Shown here one piece after another: positions 26,301 through 38,200 of a stretch of DNA of 64,000 nucleotides. Each line of letters starts with the position of its first letter. The stretch's first letter is position 1. Position numbers and translations under genes: made by a program. Under the pieces are notes generated by a model. It saw only the letters and a program-made list of their open reading frames with translations, had not been told where the DNA came from and ran no database searches. This DNA comes from Takakia lepidozioides (Eukaryota > Plantae > Bryophyta). The stretch is taken from contig CM060733.1 in the NCBI GenBank assembly GCA_030704615.1, forward strand, positions 74,338,001 to 74,402,000. Direction: 5' to 3'.

Positions 26301-26847
26301 TCTCAAACATAAAATATGGAGGAGTCAGACCGAATAGATCTGCATATTGGAAGATGCAGCGAAAAAGCGCTAGACGAGATCCCGCAGAGATATCAAGCTC
26401 GTCCATCAGTAAGAGGGACAAAACTATTAGGTGAAACGGGAGTTTCACTAAAATAAAAATGGAGTACTTTACAGCTGTAAGGGGAAAACATGTGATGAGA
26501 AACACACTTGGATTTCGCAAGTAGAGTATAGAATGTGCGGGGAAGGAGACAACAAGGAAAGAGGCGAGACAAGCTGGATGAACAGTGGAAGGGAATGAAC
26601 GCAAGTAAAGAAGGATGAACGTGGATGAGTGAGGAGAAGGTTGAAGGTCTTGGTTCATTTCGTGGATCAGGATGGATGTAGTATGAACAGTCAACATAGA
26701 GGAGATCCATTCATCAAGCGAGACGTTGCTTGAGCGCCATGGCAAGATGGATGAAGCCACTGGATGAACAACGGACGAGCAGGGTGGATTGGCAGCATGC
26801 AAACCAATGATCTAATATTGATCAACGGACGAGGGGACGCCGTCTTG

Positions 26848-27818
26848 TGACACTAAGGCGCATGACTATGCGAAACCATGTAATTAAGTTTTGGGCTCAT
26901 AAGATTTTATCGAGACGTGGATCAGGGCCACATGTCCATAACTTAGTGCTTAGTCAGTAGGCACGACCAGGGAAGGCTTAGCTGATTAGTAGATGTTGGG
27001 GCGGTGACTAGAAAGTAGGGACTTGGGGAAAGAAGCGATTTCCAACCTTGACTGCTGCAGGGTGCAAGGTAGCAGAGGGAGATCATTCGAAAAGAGACGA
27101 TTCACTTTGAAGTTAGTTTTACTTTCAAGTTTGAGAGAGGCGATGGAGAAAGAGCAGAAGAAACATGGGTTAGATTGAGTAGGTTTAGTAAAATGATTAG
27201 TGAGATGCGTGTACAATGTACAGATCGTGTTGATACCAAGCGGCCTTCATAGTAAGCCGTGTGATATAAATGAGATAGACTGGATTTACGAGGAAGAGCA
27301 TGTACAGTTGAAACCAACTATTAAGAGAGTAACACTAGAAAACGTTTGAGCTGCAACAAGTATAGAGAGAACGATCATTATGAGAGATGATGCCAGGACA
27401 CCATGAAGTTGTCACGAGATAGTCACAGATAGAGAGAAGGTGCACATAAGAGAGACAAGATGAGGGTAGCTGGGCTGGATCGCAAGTAGAACTGATCCGG
27501 ACAGGCCCTGTAAACGCCAGATCGAGATGAAAGGTGGAGATATAAAGCCGGGTGGTATGTATTGAGGGATAGATCGCACAAGTAAGCAAAGTAGCCAAGG
27601 ATCACTGCCATGAAGGATGAACGGAATGCACATGAGTTAAGTGACTACCCGTGCACATGGTGAACCATGCAAACGAGATAACGGAGTGCGGGTGCTGCAG
27701 GCAGACGCCCTAGGAGGGGTCAAGATATCTTTTCTGAGCATTTGCCATACCAAAGACGGGATGGTGACATGATGTCAAACAAACGAATGAGTAGCATAAC
27801 AGTCTGGTCTAGGTGTCA
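26848..27818 (+). mobile_element. Probable 3' LTR of the preceding gypsy element
   Basis: Purine-rich GGACGAGGGGA shortly upstream; inverted ends TGACAC...GTGTCA. No second copy in the window to confirm. Confidence 0.45.
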
Positions 27819-28199
27819 TGATGTTTTTCTGCTTCCGCTGCGGCTCATGTAGCATCGAAACTGGACTGACGGGTTATCTGATCAAGAGGGAACAGATAGA
27901 TTTACCCCGGGTGGTGAAACAAGGCCCCCATTTTTACTTTACAGAAGTTTAGGTGCTGAGGACCCAACGACGCTACCACGTGAGCCTGGCGCGTGAGCGT
28001 GTGAGCGTACGCTCACACAATGATGACGTGGCGTGAGCCTGGTCCAGGTCATGCCACGTCACCACAAAGAAGGTGGGCCTATAACCGTGGAGCCCCCAAC
28101 TGCTGATGTCACCACATGAAGGTGAAACGGATGAAGGGTTTTGGGCTTCTGGAGTTCAACCTTCTGTTAACAGGAGCTTCATTTCGTAGAACTGAAATG

Positions 28200-28391
28200 A
28201 ACCTCGTGTCGACACAAGGGGGATTTGGAAAACTTCAACAAAACCTCGTGTTAACACAAGGTTGTTTTCCTGGAACAAAAATGAACTTCGTGTTGACACG
28301 ATGTTGTTTTCTGAGAACTAAAATCATCCTTGTGTCAACACAAGGAGGATTTGGAGAACTTCAAGTAAACCTCGTGTTGAGACGAGGTTGA
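28200..28391. repeat. 5 x 42-bp subterminal array of palindromes (AACCTCGTGTYRACACAAGGTT-like)
   Basis: Units start near 28200, 28242, 28284, 28326 and 28368. Confidence 0.85.
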
Positions 28392-31302
28392 TTTGATCAT
28401 CTGTCTATCTAAAGGTAGTTTCTTGTGTTTGCTAATGAAAAGAGATTGACAAACCAATGCGACAAATGCATTGACCCACGCATAGCAAAGATGTTAGACG
28501 TCATACATTGAGAGTCACTGGACTTGAACAGTCATTCCATTACAAGTTGTAGTCAAGGAAAACACGATTTTTATGGGCTTGTATCCCGCTGTAGAAGTGT
28601 GTTGACTTCGTTGAAACTCAAAGTGGCTTGGTGAATGAAGAAGTCGCGCTTTGGATCACAAACCATCCTTCTCAAGAAGACGAAGTAAAGGTGTTTGCAC
28701 GGTATGAACTTCCCTCTCTTTCCCAAACTACTTGAAAGCATACCAACAAAATCTGGACATGTACAATTGGGAAAATTGGAAACAGTGATTTCGTACGTCC
28801 TGTCTTGCAGCGCAGATGCGGATGAGATCATGGTGAAGACCCGACCATACCCTGGATCAGGCACTTCCATGGTTCCCGCAACACGAGTGTGAAGCATTCT
28901 GGCGGACTCAATTTTGCCGTAGTGTTCTGCGGTTGGAGGGAATCGTTGAACAAGCTTCCCATTCCGTCTGGTTGGCCACAAGTGAGCGTCAGGCGGAGGT
29001 ACCCGTGAACCGCTTCCACTTGAAGCACCTTCACGTGCAATGGAATGTCTGGCTAGGGAGAAACTCGCCTCTTCCAGCATTGCAATCTCTCGGTGAGTGA
29101 GACCTGTGCCCATCTTCACAGGCCACACGGTTGGTGGAGTAGGCTTCCTTACCACGGAAGGCCTCACTGTACCATACACACATCTCCCACAATCGTCAGC
29201 GCAGAACCAAAACTTGTGGTTCTTTGCCTCGCCTTGTCCGTAAGGGAGAAACAAACCCGTGAATGTAGGAGCTGCAGTGCGTTCTTTCGCTCTGGAGATT
29301 AATGATGTACATTTTTCATGATTGGTGGCCCTGATCGCCGCGCATTTCACACGAGATCCAACACTTGTGCGTTCTATATGCCAAACCTCGTCCAAGCCCA
29401 CGGACTCGATTATATGCGGCACCACGTTCTGGTCTTCAACCATTGCAGTGACAATGCTTGATGCAGGGGTCCGGTCTGGGCCAGAGTAGCCCTCACCTGT
29501 GGATGTTCCGCAATTCCATCTCTGATCCAAGGGAACACGTGGCATCGAGAAGTTCACCCTGTCCGGCCTATGGGAATCTGCATCCGATCCCGGAGGGGTG
29601 TCCAATTTCCGTTTGCAAGACCCGAATCTCTCTTCGTCTTCCAGATGGGGAACTCTTCCCACGAGAGGGGTGCCATCTGCACATATGCTCACTGCCCGCG
29701 CTATTTTGCTGGGATCCCCTGATCTTCCAGCTGCCCGCAACATCAACTCGCTCCTGTCCGGACCTTTGCCACCAAGGCCACCCCTCAAGAATGACCTATA
29801 TCTGGTTTGCTGCTGCAGAGCACGAATGAGGTCATCGGCCGTCGCCGCATACAAATCTCTCCCTTTTTTGCCGGATTGCTGCAACCAGGCATTGTGCACT
29901 GTCTCTGCAAGATTGCAAGAAGGCATGTCCGCCATCTCCTCAATGGACATATGCTGCAAGGCAAAAAAACAGAAAGCCGATATTAGGATTGGACCCTGAA
30001 AGATATATCCGAAGCACCCAAACGAAGGTGAATACAAACCACTCACCGTTGTCATGGCCGCTCCCCACTGTCGGTAACGGAAGTGCCAAAATGCAAACCA
30101 GTCTTGCAGTGCCCTCATGTTGTCCTCCGATGCCGCTCCAGATGAGTACCACCAGGCACGAATTGTCTGGAACAATGTATTCGCTTCCCCCATAGTTTTG
30201 GCGTCCTTGTACTGGTTGCACAGTTGGTGATGCATAGTCTGCATATCTGGCTTGATGTATGTCTTTGTGTGTTTGTCCAGGGATTGTGTCCAATGGAAAA
30301 GACATGTACGTTCTCTTCCAGGCATTGGCACTTTTGGGTCTCCCGTCCCGAACACAATGCAGACAGCGTTGAAGTTAGCTTGAGCACTATCGGCCATGAA
30401 ACCAACGAAATTGGGAGATGGGAGACCATTGGAGGCCATAACTCAAATGAGAGCTTCCCACATGAGCTGTTGTGAATCTGTGTCCTCTGACTGCATGTCA
30501 CACACTGCAATTGTCATGACTCGCTGGTACACAGGGTCGTAAACATGACATGCCATTGTGGTCCAGTTTTTAACCCTCTTGACATGATCGAACATAAGGA
30601 AGCAGTTGCCAAGATCACCACCCTTCTGCATACGTTTAACCAGGCTGACCCCGCTGCCCTCACCTTTTGTGGACATTTTGAACAAGAACACTTTCCTGGC
30701 TCCTTGTCCCGGGAAAACGCTGTCTTGGATGTAGTCATACATGCTCCTTTTCTTCAAATCCATAATATTGTCCATATAACCTCGGCTCCCAGAGCCCATT
30801 CTTAAAGCGTTCACCTGATTCCTAATGTTTGGAGAAGTCAAAGTTGAGAAATGGTCCATAACAGTGTCCAAAGCCGATCCCTCCAGTATTCCTCCAACCG
30901 AATTTGATGCACACAGAATACGGCTTTCCAGAAAGGACTTGCTCGCCAATTGCAGATGTGGTTCCAGTTGGATTGGTATCCAACTCTTGCCTTATCAGAT
31001 GCGAGACTGTGTCAACGCTCTCCCTATAATCCCCCTTGGACACAGGGTGGTTGTGAAAACCGAAATGGACACAGGCTCTAGTCAGGGTTTTGAATCGATG
31101 CACCACATAATACATTCTGGCGCGCCACACAAAGCAAGGCAGCAAGGTGGTACCCTACAGAACTTGCACACAAAAGTGTTACTGTATGGTGGTGTCACCC
31201 CAGGCTTGAATGGATTCTCACTGACACCATCCCATTCGCTTTGGTTTTGCACACCTGACAATGCGAAGTATCTGCATTTCATGTTCTCGCATTTCAGGTG
31301 CC

Positions 31303-31387
31303 TGTCGTGCGCATACATATCGCTACACAACTACATCGCTGTCCAAACCACACCACACATATATGCACAATAAAGTAGTCTGCCACA
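31303..31387 (-). repeat. Repeat A, terminal copy (85 bp); second copy at 31751-31835
   Basis: Two mismatches between copies; both bounded by TG..CA. Confidence 0.92.
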
Positions 31388-31388
31388 A

Positions 31389-31748
31389 TGATAAGAAAGC
31401 TAACAAATGACACTGCTCTCCACACAAGAAACAATGTGAAATCCAAAACCATCACTCTTTAAAACAGTAGTCGAGCCAGGGGCACCCCAAGCTATGGGGA
31501 CTCCACCCCACAACAACCTACACTCCCATCATGAGTAAACTCAGATCTAAACGCACACAGGAGCTCGGTCGCGCAGGCTCAACTCGAGAAAGATGAGCCG
31601 CGCGACTGCCGCTCTCGTGAAGATAAGACGGACCAGGTGTCAAACTAAACTTGACACCTGATTTAACACTTGACCTAAATCCAAGTGTTAACTACAAATA
31701 ACTAGTTTTATTCTAGCTGTTTTCACACTGTGCTTATTTAACTTGACA
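31389..31748 (-). repeat. Repeat B (360 bp), 3' copy
   Basis: Identical by eye to 42753-43112. Confidence 0.95.
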
Positions 31749-31835
31749 GCTGTCGTGCGCATACATATCGCTACACAACTACATTGTTGTCCAAACCACA
31801 CCACACATATATGCACAATAAAGTAGTCTGCCACA

Positions 31836-31850
31836 ATCGCCCCCCTAGCT
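31836..31850 (-). promoter_or_regulatory. Polypurine tract preceding the internal copy of repeat A
   Basis: The minus strand reads CTAGGGGGGCGAT|TGTGGC; the same motif is in the second family member at 60844-60856. Confidence 0.75.
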
Positions 31851-32095
31851 GGTGGATAGGTCCCTCTACCTCCAGATAGCTACAAGATGTAATAGCCACA
31901 GCCGTACTAAGTCCTCTATCACTGTCCCTATTGTACTCAAACTCTATAGACCAAGAGGCCGGGTACAAGAGTAGCCCCATCGTTAGTCGCCATCTTGCAA
32001 TCTGTGAACTTGAGCCAGGACCTCGTGTGTTCAAGGTCTCCTAGTAGCTGGGCCTTGCGTTTCTTGTTAGCCTTCCATGGTTGTATCCACTCCCA

Positions 32096-33732
32096 CTATC
32101 CAATGCAATGTGGACATAACCAATCCCCATCCGGAACCATCTCAAGAGGTGGAGTCAAGCATCCCATATGCCAACCTCTAGAGCATTGATCGCACACCAG
32201 CATGGTGGCTGCCCCTTTAGCAGACCCACACAACATGCACCTCAAACCTGCAGATACCACTGCCAGGTTTGGGTCAATCCTGCCATCGACATTCGGAAGG
32301 TGACATGGCGCACAATTACGCACATGGTCCTTCCAAGTTATGCCATCCCGACCCTCCAAGACCAAGACGCCTGAGGGCAAGACCTCTCGAACCCTCAAAA
32401 TAACACGTCCTGCAGTCACATCCAGGGTCGTAGGAGCAGTCTGCTGCAGATAGACATAGTCACCAGGGTTGAATCTCCGAACCCCAGGACGATAGCCCCC
32501 ACCACGTATGGTAGCATACCTCAACGTATCACGGTGTTGTGCAATGGCAAGGTTCTCGAAAGCCATGGGCATGACTCTCTTGAACAACTCTGCACGCTGC
32601 TCACATGCACGTGCCCACACGTCCGGATCGTCAAGGTTAAGAACTGTAGCAGCTTCTCTGCGAATGGATGTAGGCAAATCCGGCTCTCGGCCAAAGAGAA
32701 GAAAGTATGGTGAGAAGGAGGCAAGTGATGCTTGCTTGCTGAACCTGTAGCCCATGGCTAACCAGGATAATTGAAGGTCCCAATCCCTAGGTGTCCCTTC
32801 TGCAAGCCATACTTGCGCAAACCCCTCTTTACTGTCTGAACAACTCTCTCTGCCAAGCCATCGGCTTCAGGATGATCCCGGGAAGTGGTGCGGTGGTCTA
32901 TCAAGGCCTTGTCACACAAAGCCTGAAACTCCCCCAAGAACTCTCTCCCTTGGTCCGTGAGTACCTCAGCTGGAGCACCGAATCGGCTAAGCACACAATC
33001 CAGGAATGCATACGCAGCTCCCTCACTAGCCTTATCAGGCAATGGAACCAATTCAATCCACTTGGAGAAGTGCTCCACCATCACCAACACGTACTTGTTG
33101 TGGCGCATGGTCAGTGGCAACGGCCCTGCGAAGTCAAGACTCCACCTGTAGCCCAATCCCATGATCGGAAGAGGGTGCAATTGTGGAGTAGGGGCGTTGA
33201 ATGAAGCACGCACCCTGTCACACACCATGCACCTAGCCACAAATTGTTGCACCTCTGTGTGCATACCACGCCACCAATACTGCCCCTGCAGTAGACTATG
33301 AGTGCGTCGCACCCCAAAATGCCCCAACTCCTCATGGGCATGCCGCACTAACCGTGCCCGCTGTGTTGGGTGAGGCACAATCCTCACTCGACCATCCTCC
33401 CACACTCGAAGCAGGTGTGTCCCCTCCCACCTGAACCTCTTGGCTCGTTGTAGGATCCGATCCCTCTCCTTGGCAGTCATAGTGGCTGTCGTGTCTCCAC
33501 TGCGGAGGTAGTCCAACACAACTGAATCCTCATGTATATCTTTGGCGCCACCCTGCTCATTGCTGGCCTCAGGGTCCTCAGACACTTGATCTACAGTCAT
33601 CCCTGTTGTAGGTCCAACCTGGCCTTCCGCTGCCAAGATACACAGAAATGCAGATGCATGCCATCCGGGCACCATCTCCTCGTCTGTCTCACCATGCCAC
33701 CGAGCTCCAGTGTCATCTGCTGGCTCGTGCAT
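32096..33732 (-). CDS. Gypsy integrase (HHCC, DDE) with C-terminal PHD finger; frameshift near 32780
   Basis: HEELGHFG..CMVC, WSLDF, TDQG, GLAER; PHD CMLC..CDQC..WHMGC..WLCPHC (C4HC3). Confidence 0.92.
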
Positions 33733-35227
33733 GGATTGCGACTCAACCCATCTGCATTTCGATTGACCAAACCCGGTCGATGCACCACCTGAAAGTCATA
33801 CTCTTGAAGGATGAGTGCCCACCGTGCAAGCTTCCCCGTAAGCTTGTCTGACTCCATCAACCACTTGAGTGGTTGGTGATCCGTGACAAGGGTGAAGAGA
33901 TTGCCGTATAGATAGCACCTGAAGTGTGCCACGGCCCACACTGCAGCTAAGCATTCTCCCTCATATGAGCTATACTTAGACTCTGCAGCATTGTTCGAGC
34001 GGCTAGCATAAGCCACTACGAACTCTCTTCCCTCATCATCCACCTGTGTGAGCACCGCTCCAAGCCCCAGCATGCTCCAATCTGTATGCAGCTGAAAAGG
34101 ACGCCCCCTGATAGGTCGTCTCAAGATGGGCGCCGAGGTCAACCTCGCCTTGAGCTCTTGAAAAGCTTGTTCTTGCTCATCTTCCCACTGCCACTCCTGG
34201 TCCACCTTGGTCAGCTTGGTTAGAGCCTTTGCAATGGCACTAAATCCCTTAACAAACCGTCTGTAATAGTTTGCTAACCCCATGAAAGCTCGAACTCGGC
34301 TCACATCCGTGGGGCGTGGAACCTGTGCAATGGACTCTACCTTAGTCTGTTGTACCCCCAATCCTCCAGGATATATCATGTGACCCAGATACTCAATCTG
34401 GTTGTGGAAAAACTTGCACTTGCCCGGATGTAACTTCAATCCTGCGTCCTCAAGCGCTCAAATACCCCCTGAAGGTGTCTCTCATGCTCCTCCACCGTAG
34501 CACTAAAGATGATGATGTCATCTATGTAGCACCGAGCAAACTCCACCCCTGCTAGAATCCTGTCCATGACTCTTTGAAACTCAGCGGGAGCGTTTTTAAG
34601 CCCAAATGGTAAGAACCGCCACTGGTATAGGCAATCCTTCCCGTGCTCATTGATCCCCCAGAATGCCGTCTTTTGCTTATCCGCCTCCTTGATCGGCAAC
34701 TGGTGATATCCGGATCGTAAATCCAACGTGCTAAAGACCTTGGAATGCCCAATGGCATCAAAGATCTCCTCTGGTGTTGGCATGGCATACCTATCGGACT
34801 TGGTCTGACGATTTACAGGCCGGTAATCACCGCACATACGTCTCTCCGTCCAATTGCCATAGACATCCTTCTTAGCTGGCATCACTGTGGCTGAAGCATA
34901 CTCTCCACCAGAGAGCTCCACCAAACCTGCCTCCCAGAGATCTTGAGTCCTCATCTGAATCAAAGACCTCTCCATGTCACTGTATCTATAGGGTCTCCGA
35001 AAGATTGGCGTGTCAGTGGCCAACTCAATACGGATCTCTTGACCCTTCAGTGCTCCCAAGTCCTTCAAACTGAAGGCAAAGCAATTCCTATAAGCCCTCA
35101 GGAACCGCCGTATACGTCGTCTCTCTCCTCCGGTGACAATGGGTCCAATATCAGGCTCCCAATTGTCCTCCGTAACTGCAACCTTAAGTCCAGTGGGCTT
35201 AGAGGTAGAGGACGCGTCCCGTGGTTG
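33597..35227 (-). CDS. Gypsy reverse transcriptase and RNase H, with frameshifts
   Basis: RMCGDYRPVN, LDLRSGYHQ, PFGLKNAP, YIDD; TDWS, VAYASR, TDHQPL, NADGLSR. Confidence 0.95.
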
Positions 35228-38200
35228 CTATGCTGCAACCTCTTGAGCAGTACCCCCTTCCTGCTCAGTCAATGACAAGGCCTCATCCTGCCCCATCATC
35301 TCATCATTGAGGACCTCCTCATCCCGAGAAGAATCCCCAACCTCATCCATCACAGCTGCCTTCGCTGCCAACTCCCTCTGAACCTCGAGCACCTCCCACA
35401 TGTGCCATGGATGTCTACACCTCGTGGTCCTCACCGGCTCGCCCCCACTCGCTGCCTGTACCGTCTCGGTAGGCAGAGAGACCGTCAAGGGAAGTGCACT
35501 CCGCACTCTACGTTGCTCAGCCATAGCCAAGCTGACAATCCAGGTCAAGCAATTGAGATCCATTGCTTGCCCCAACACCTGACGACGTGATGCCTCAGAA
35601 AGAGAAGGCACCGCCGTGGTCCCAGTGGAAAACCCCATAGCCCGCTCTCGCTCGTCGGCATTAGGCTCCACTAACTGCTGCAACTGAGCATCCCACAGGA
35701 GGCCAGGTCCACCATCCCGAAAAGCATGGGATCCTGGGAAGCTGAGCAGTGTAGGTAATGCTGCTCGTGGTTGACCCACCCTGTTGACCACTGCCAAAGG
35801 CGAACGGTCATCGTGTCTCACACGTTGAGACTGCCTTCCTGTGTCCAAAATGCCATCCACGGTGAGGTGTGCTGGCCGCTGCACCCCATCAAATGCACGC
35901 TTGAGCAGTGCGGGTGGCATCAAGTTAGTCCACCATAGTCGTGGACGATGAGCCCGTGACCCCACTGCAGCTGCATCCAGCAACACTGCTGACCCAAGCC
36001 ACGACCGGACTTGATGCACACTGGCCATCACCCTGGCCCGAGAATCACCCATCAGTGGCACATTCTCCAAGATGTATGCCGGAGATACAGCCTGATGAAG
36101 CTGCAAGTGGCGCAAAATCCGCACCATCTCCCAAAACAGACCCGTCCTCGAGTCTCGCAATCCATTGCCATGCCCGGCTGATGAATGCCCTTGGCAGGGC
36201 CAACCTGCCACTACCAGATCAATGGAGCCAACCCGCTCCAAATCTTGCGCCCCCAGCAACGCAATGTCTGCTGGCAAGGCCTGCTGATATCCACGAACTG
36301 CAGACACCGGCAACAACTCAGGGTGCTGCTGCACCATCTGAGCAACATGGCGCAGTGAGACGCGTCGTGCAGTCTCATCCCTCTCCACATACAGGTAACG
36401 TCGAACTCGTACACCTGCCTGCAGCACTGCAGCCAATCCAGTGCTGATCCCGCCAAATAAGTCCAGAAGGCATATGCCTTCATCCGGTCGCTGCCACACA
36501 AGAGGTGTGGTGTCCAATGGCGACAACTGAGGTGGCCCTGGTACAATCACCGCACTCTCCTCCTCTCCTGACGGTACAAAAGCTTCTACCCAAGCTTGTT
36601 GCACCCGTCCATCAGCAGCGTGCTGCAAATCCTTGCTCGTACCCCACAACGGAGTGTGAGCAACCATGGCAGGCAACTCCGCCGTACCATGCATGTCATC
36701 CTGCTCTGCTGGAGGTGGCACATCCTCTGCATGGGCATTGCCTTCCAGCAACTCTCCAGGCCAACTGACTGCAGCTGTGAAGGCGGCTAGTGTTGGCATC
36801 TTGCCCCGCTGAGCAGCTGCAATACCCCCAATGAATGTCACAGGGAGCTGTGCACGGCGACCATCCCCTGACTGCCATCCAGGCCTGTAGGATGCTGACT
36901 CCTCCCAGAAATCCAGGGTGAAGCCCATGGGGTATAACACTGCCCCACCAACGAGGACATCGTAAGAGACCGCGTCTGTCACAATGGCCTTGGCTCGCAT
37001 CACTGAGCCATCTACAGGATGATCCGGCTGCAGTCTAATAGCCAACTGATGCCGTGTCATGCCGCGAGCCTGCTCTGATCCTCCCAGAGATGTCTGTATC
37101 TGGAAAGGACAAGGCTCCATATCCGCCTCCATGAGGCCCAAACCTGCAATAGCAGCTCTGCCCAACATCAGTGGCTGAGCTCCTGAGTCCAACAAGACCC
37201 GCAGTGGCCGGTACTTCTTGCCTGCCGGTCCACTCAAAGTGAAAATGCCTCCCTGGTTGTCTAACAAGACAACTCCAGGTGTCACCATGGCGCGCTCAAA
37301 GGCTGGCCTAGCTGGCAGCTCCGTCAATCTGGCAGCTGCAGCTTGCCAGGGCGCTGCCGTGGCAGTCTTGACCCTCAAATCCGAGGATCCCTCTGCCACT
37401 ACACCTTCCACTAACTCCGCAGAAGATGAAGTGACCTCTCCACTCTCGCAGAGTGTTGCTGCTAGTCTGAACACTGCAGCTGGTCTCACTCCCGGCGTCG
37501 CAATCATGGTCGCCGAGAACAGTGGGGCTTGACACACAGAGGTGGCTGCTCCCAATAACACACCGGCTGCACTAGCCTTGGTAGCAGGTGTCAGTGCTGC
37601 ACGGGTAGCTCTTCCCAATGGCATAGTAACCTCCGCCTCGGTAACAGTCGGGCGAGAACTAGGTGCCATGGATGGCGTTGACACTGTCTCCGCCAAGGTG
37701 AATGACTGAGGCAGCCTTGCCTGACGGCTTGCCTCCCCACGTTGTGGATCCAACTCCACCTCTGCACCTCGTGGCTCAGGAACTCGTGTTGCTCCTCGAG
37801 TCACGGCTGCAGCAGACTCCACCTGCTCTAATGGTAGTGCTGCTCCGCACATGAATCCCATTCCGCCCATATCTCCTCCCTCAGGAGCAGGAGGTGGGCC
37901 ATCCCGCCTGGGAGCCGGTACCGCCTGAGCTATAGCCATGGCAGCGAGCCTCTGCTCTAGCTGCTGAAGCCGATTGGCCATGCCTTGGTCAACACCCTGA
38001 CCTCCGCGTCCTTGGCCATGTGGAGGTTGCCCTTGGCCTGCACCTCGTGCCCGACCACCTCGTCCTCTTTGGGCTGGTCCACCTCGCCCCCGGCCACCAT
38101 TGTTCCCTTGGAACTGGCCTGGGCGCAACTCAGGATGCAAGTCATAACACTGGGCATCTCCATGCCCATACTTGCCACAATGCCCACACTGCAACTGTGC

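Noticed and set aside
32758-35230. Programmed frameshifting at the several pol frame breaks
   Set aside because: Several breaks fall inside conserved domains. With identical-looking repeats they are more likely sequencing indels or recent mutations; this needs a read check.
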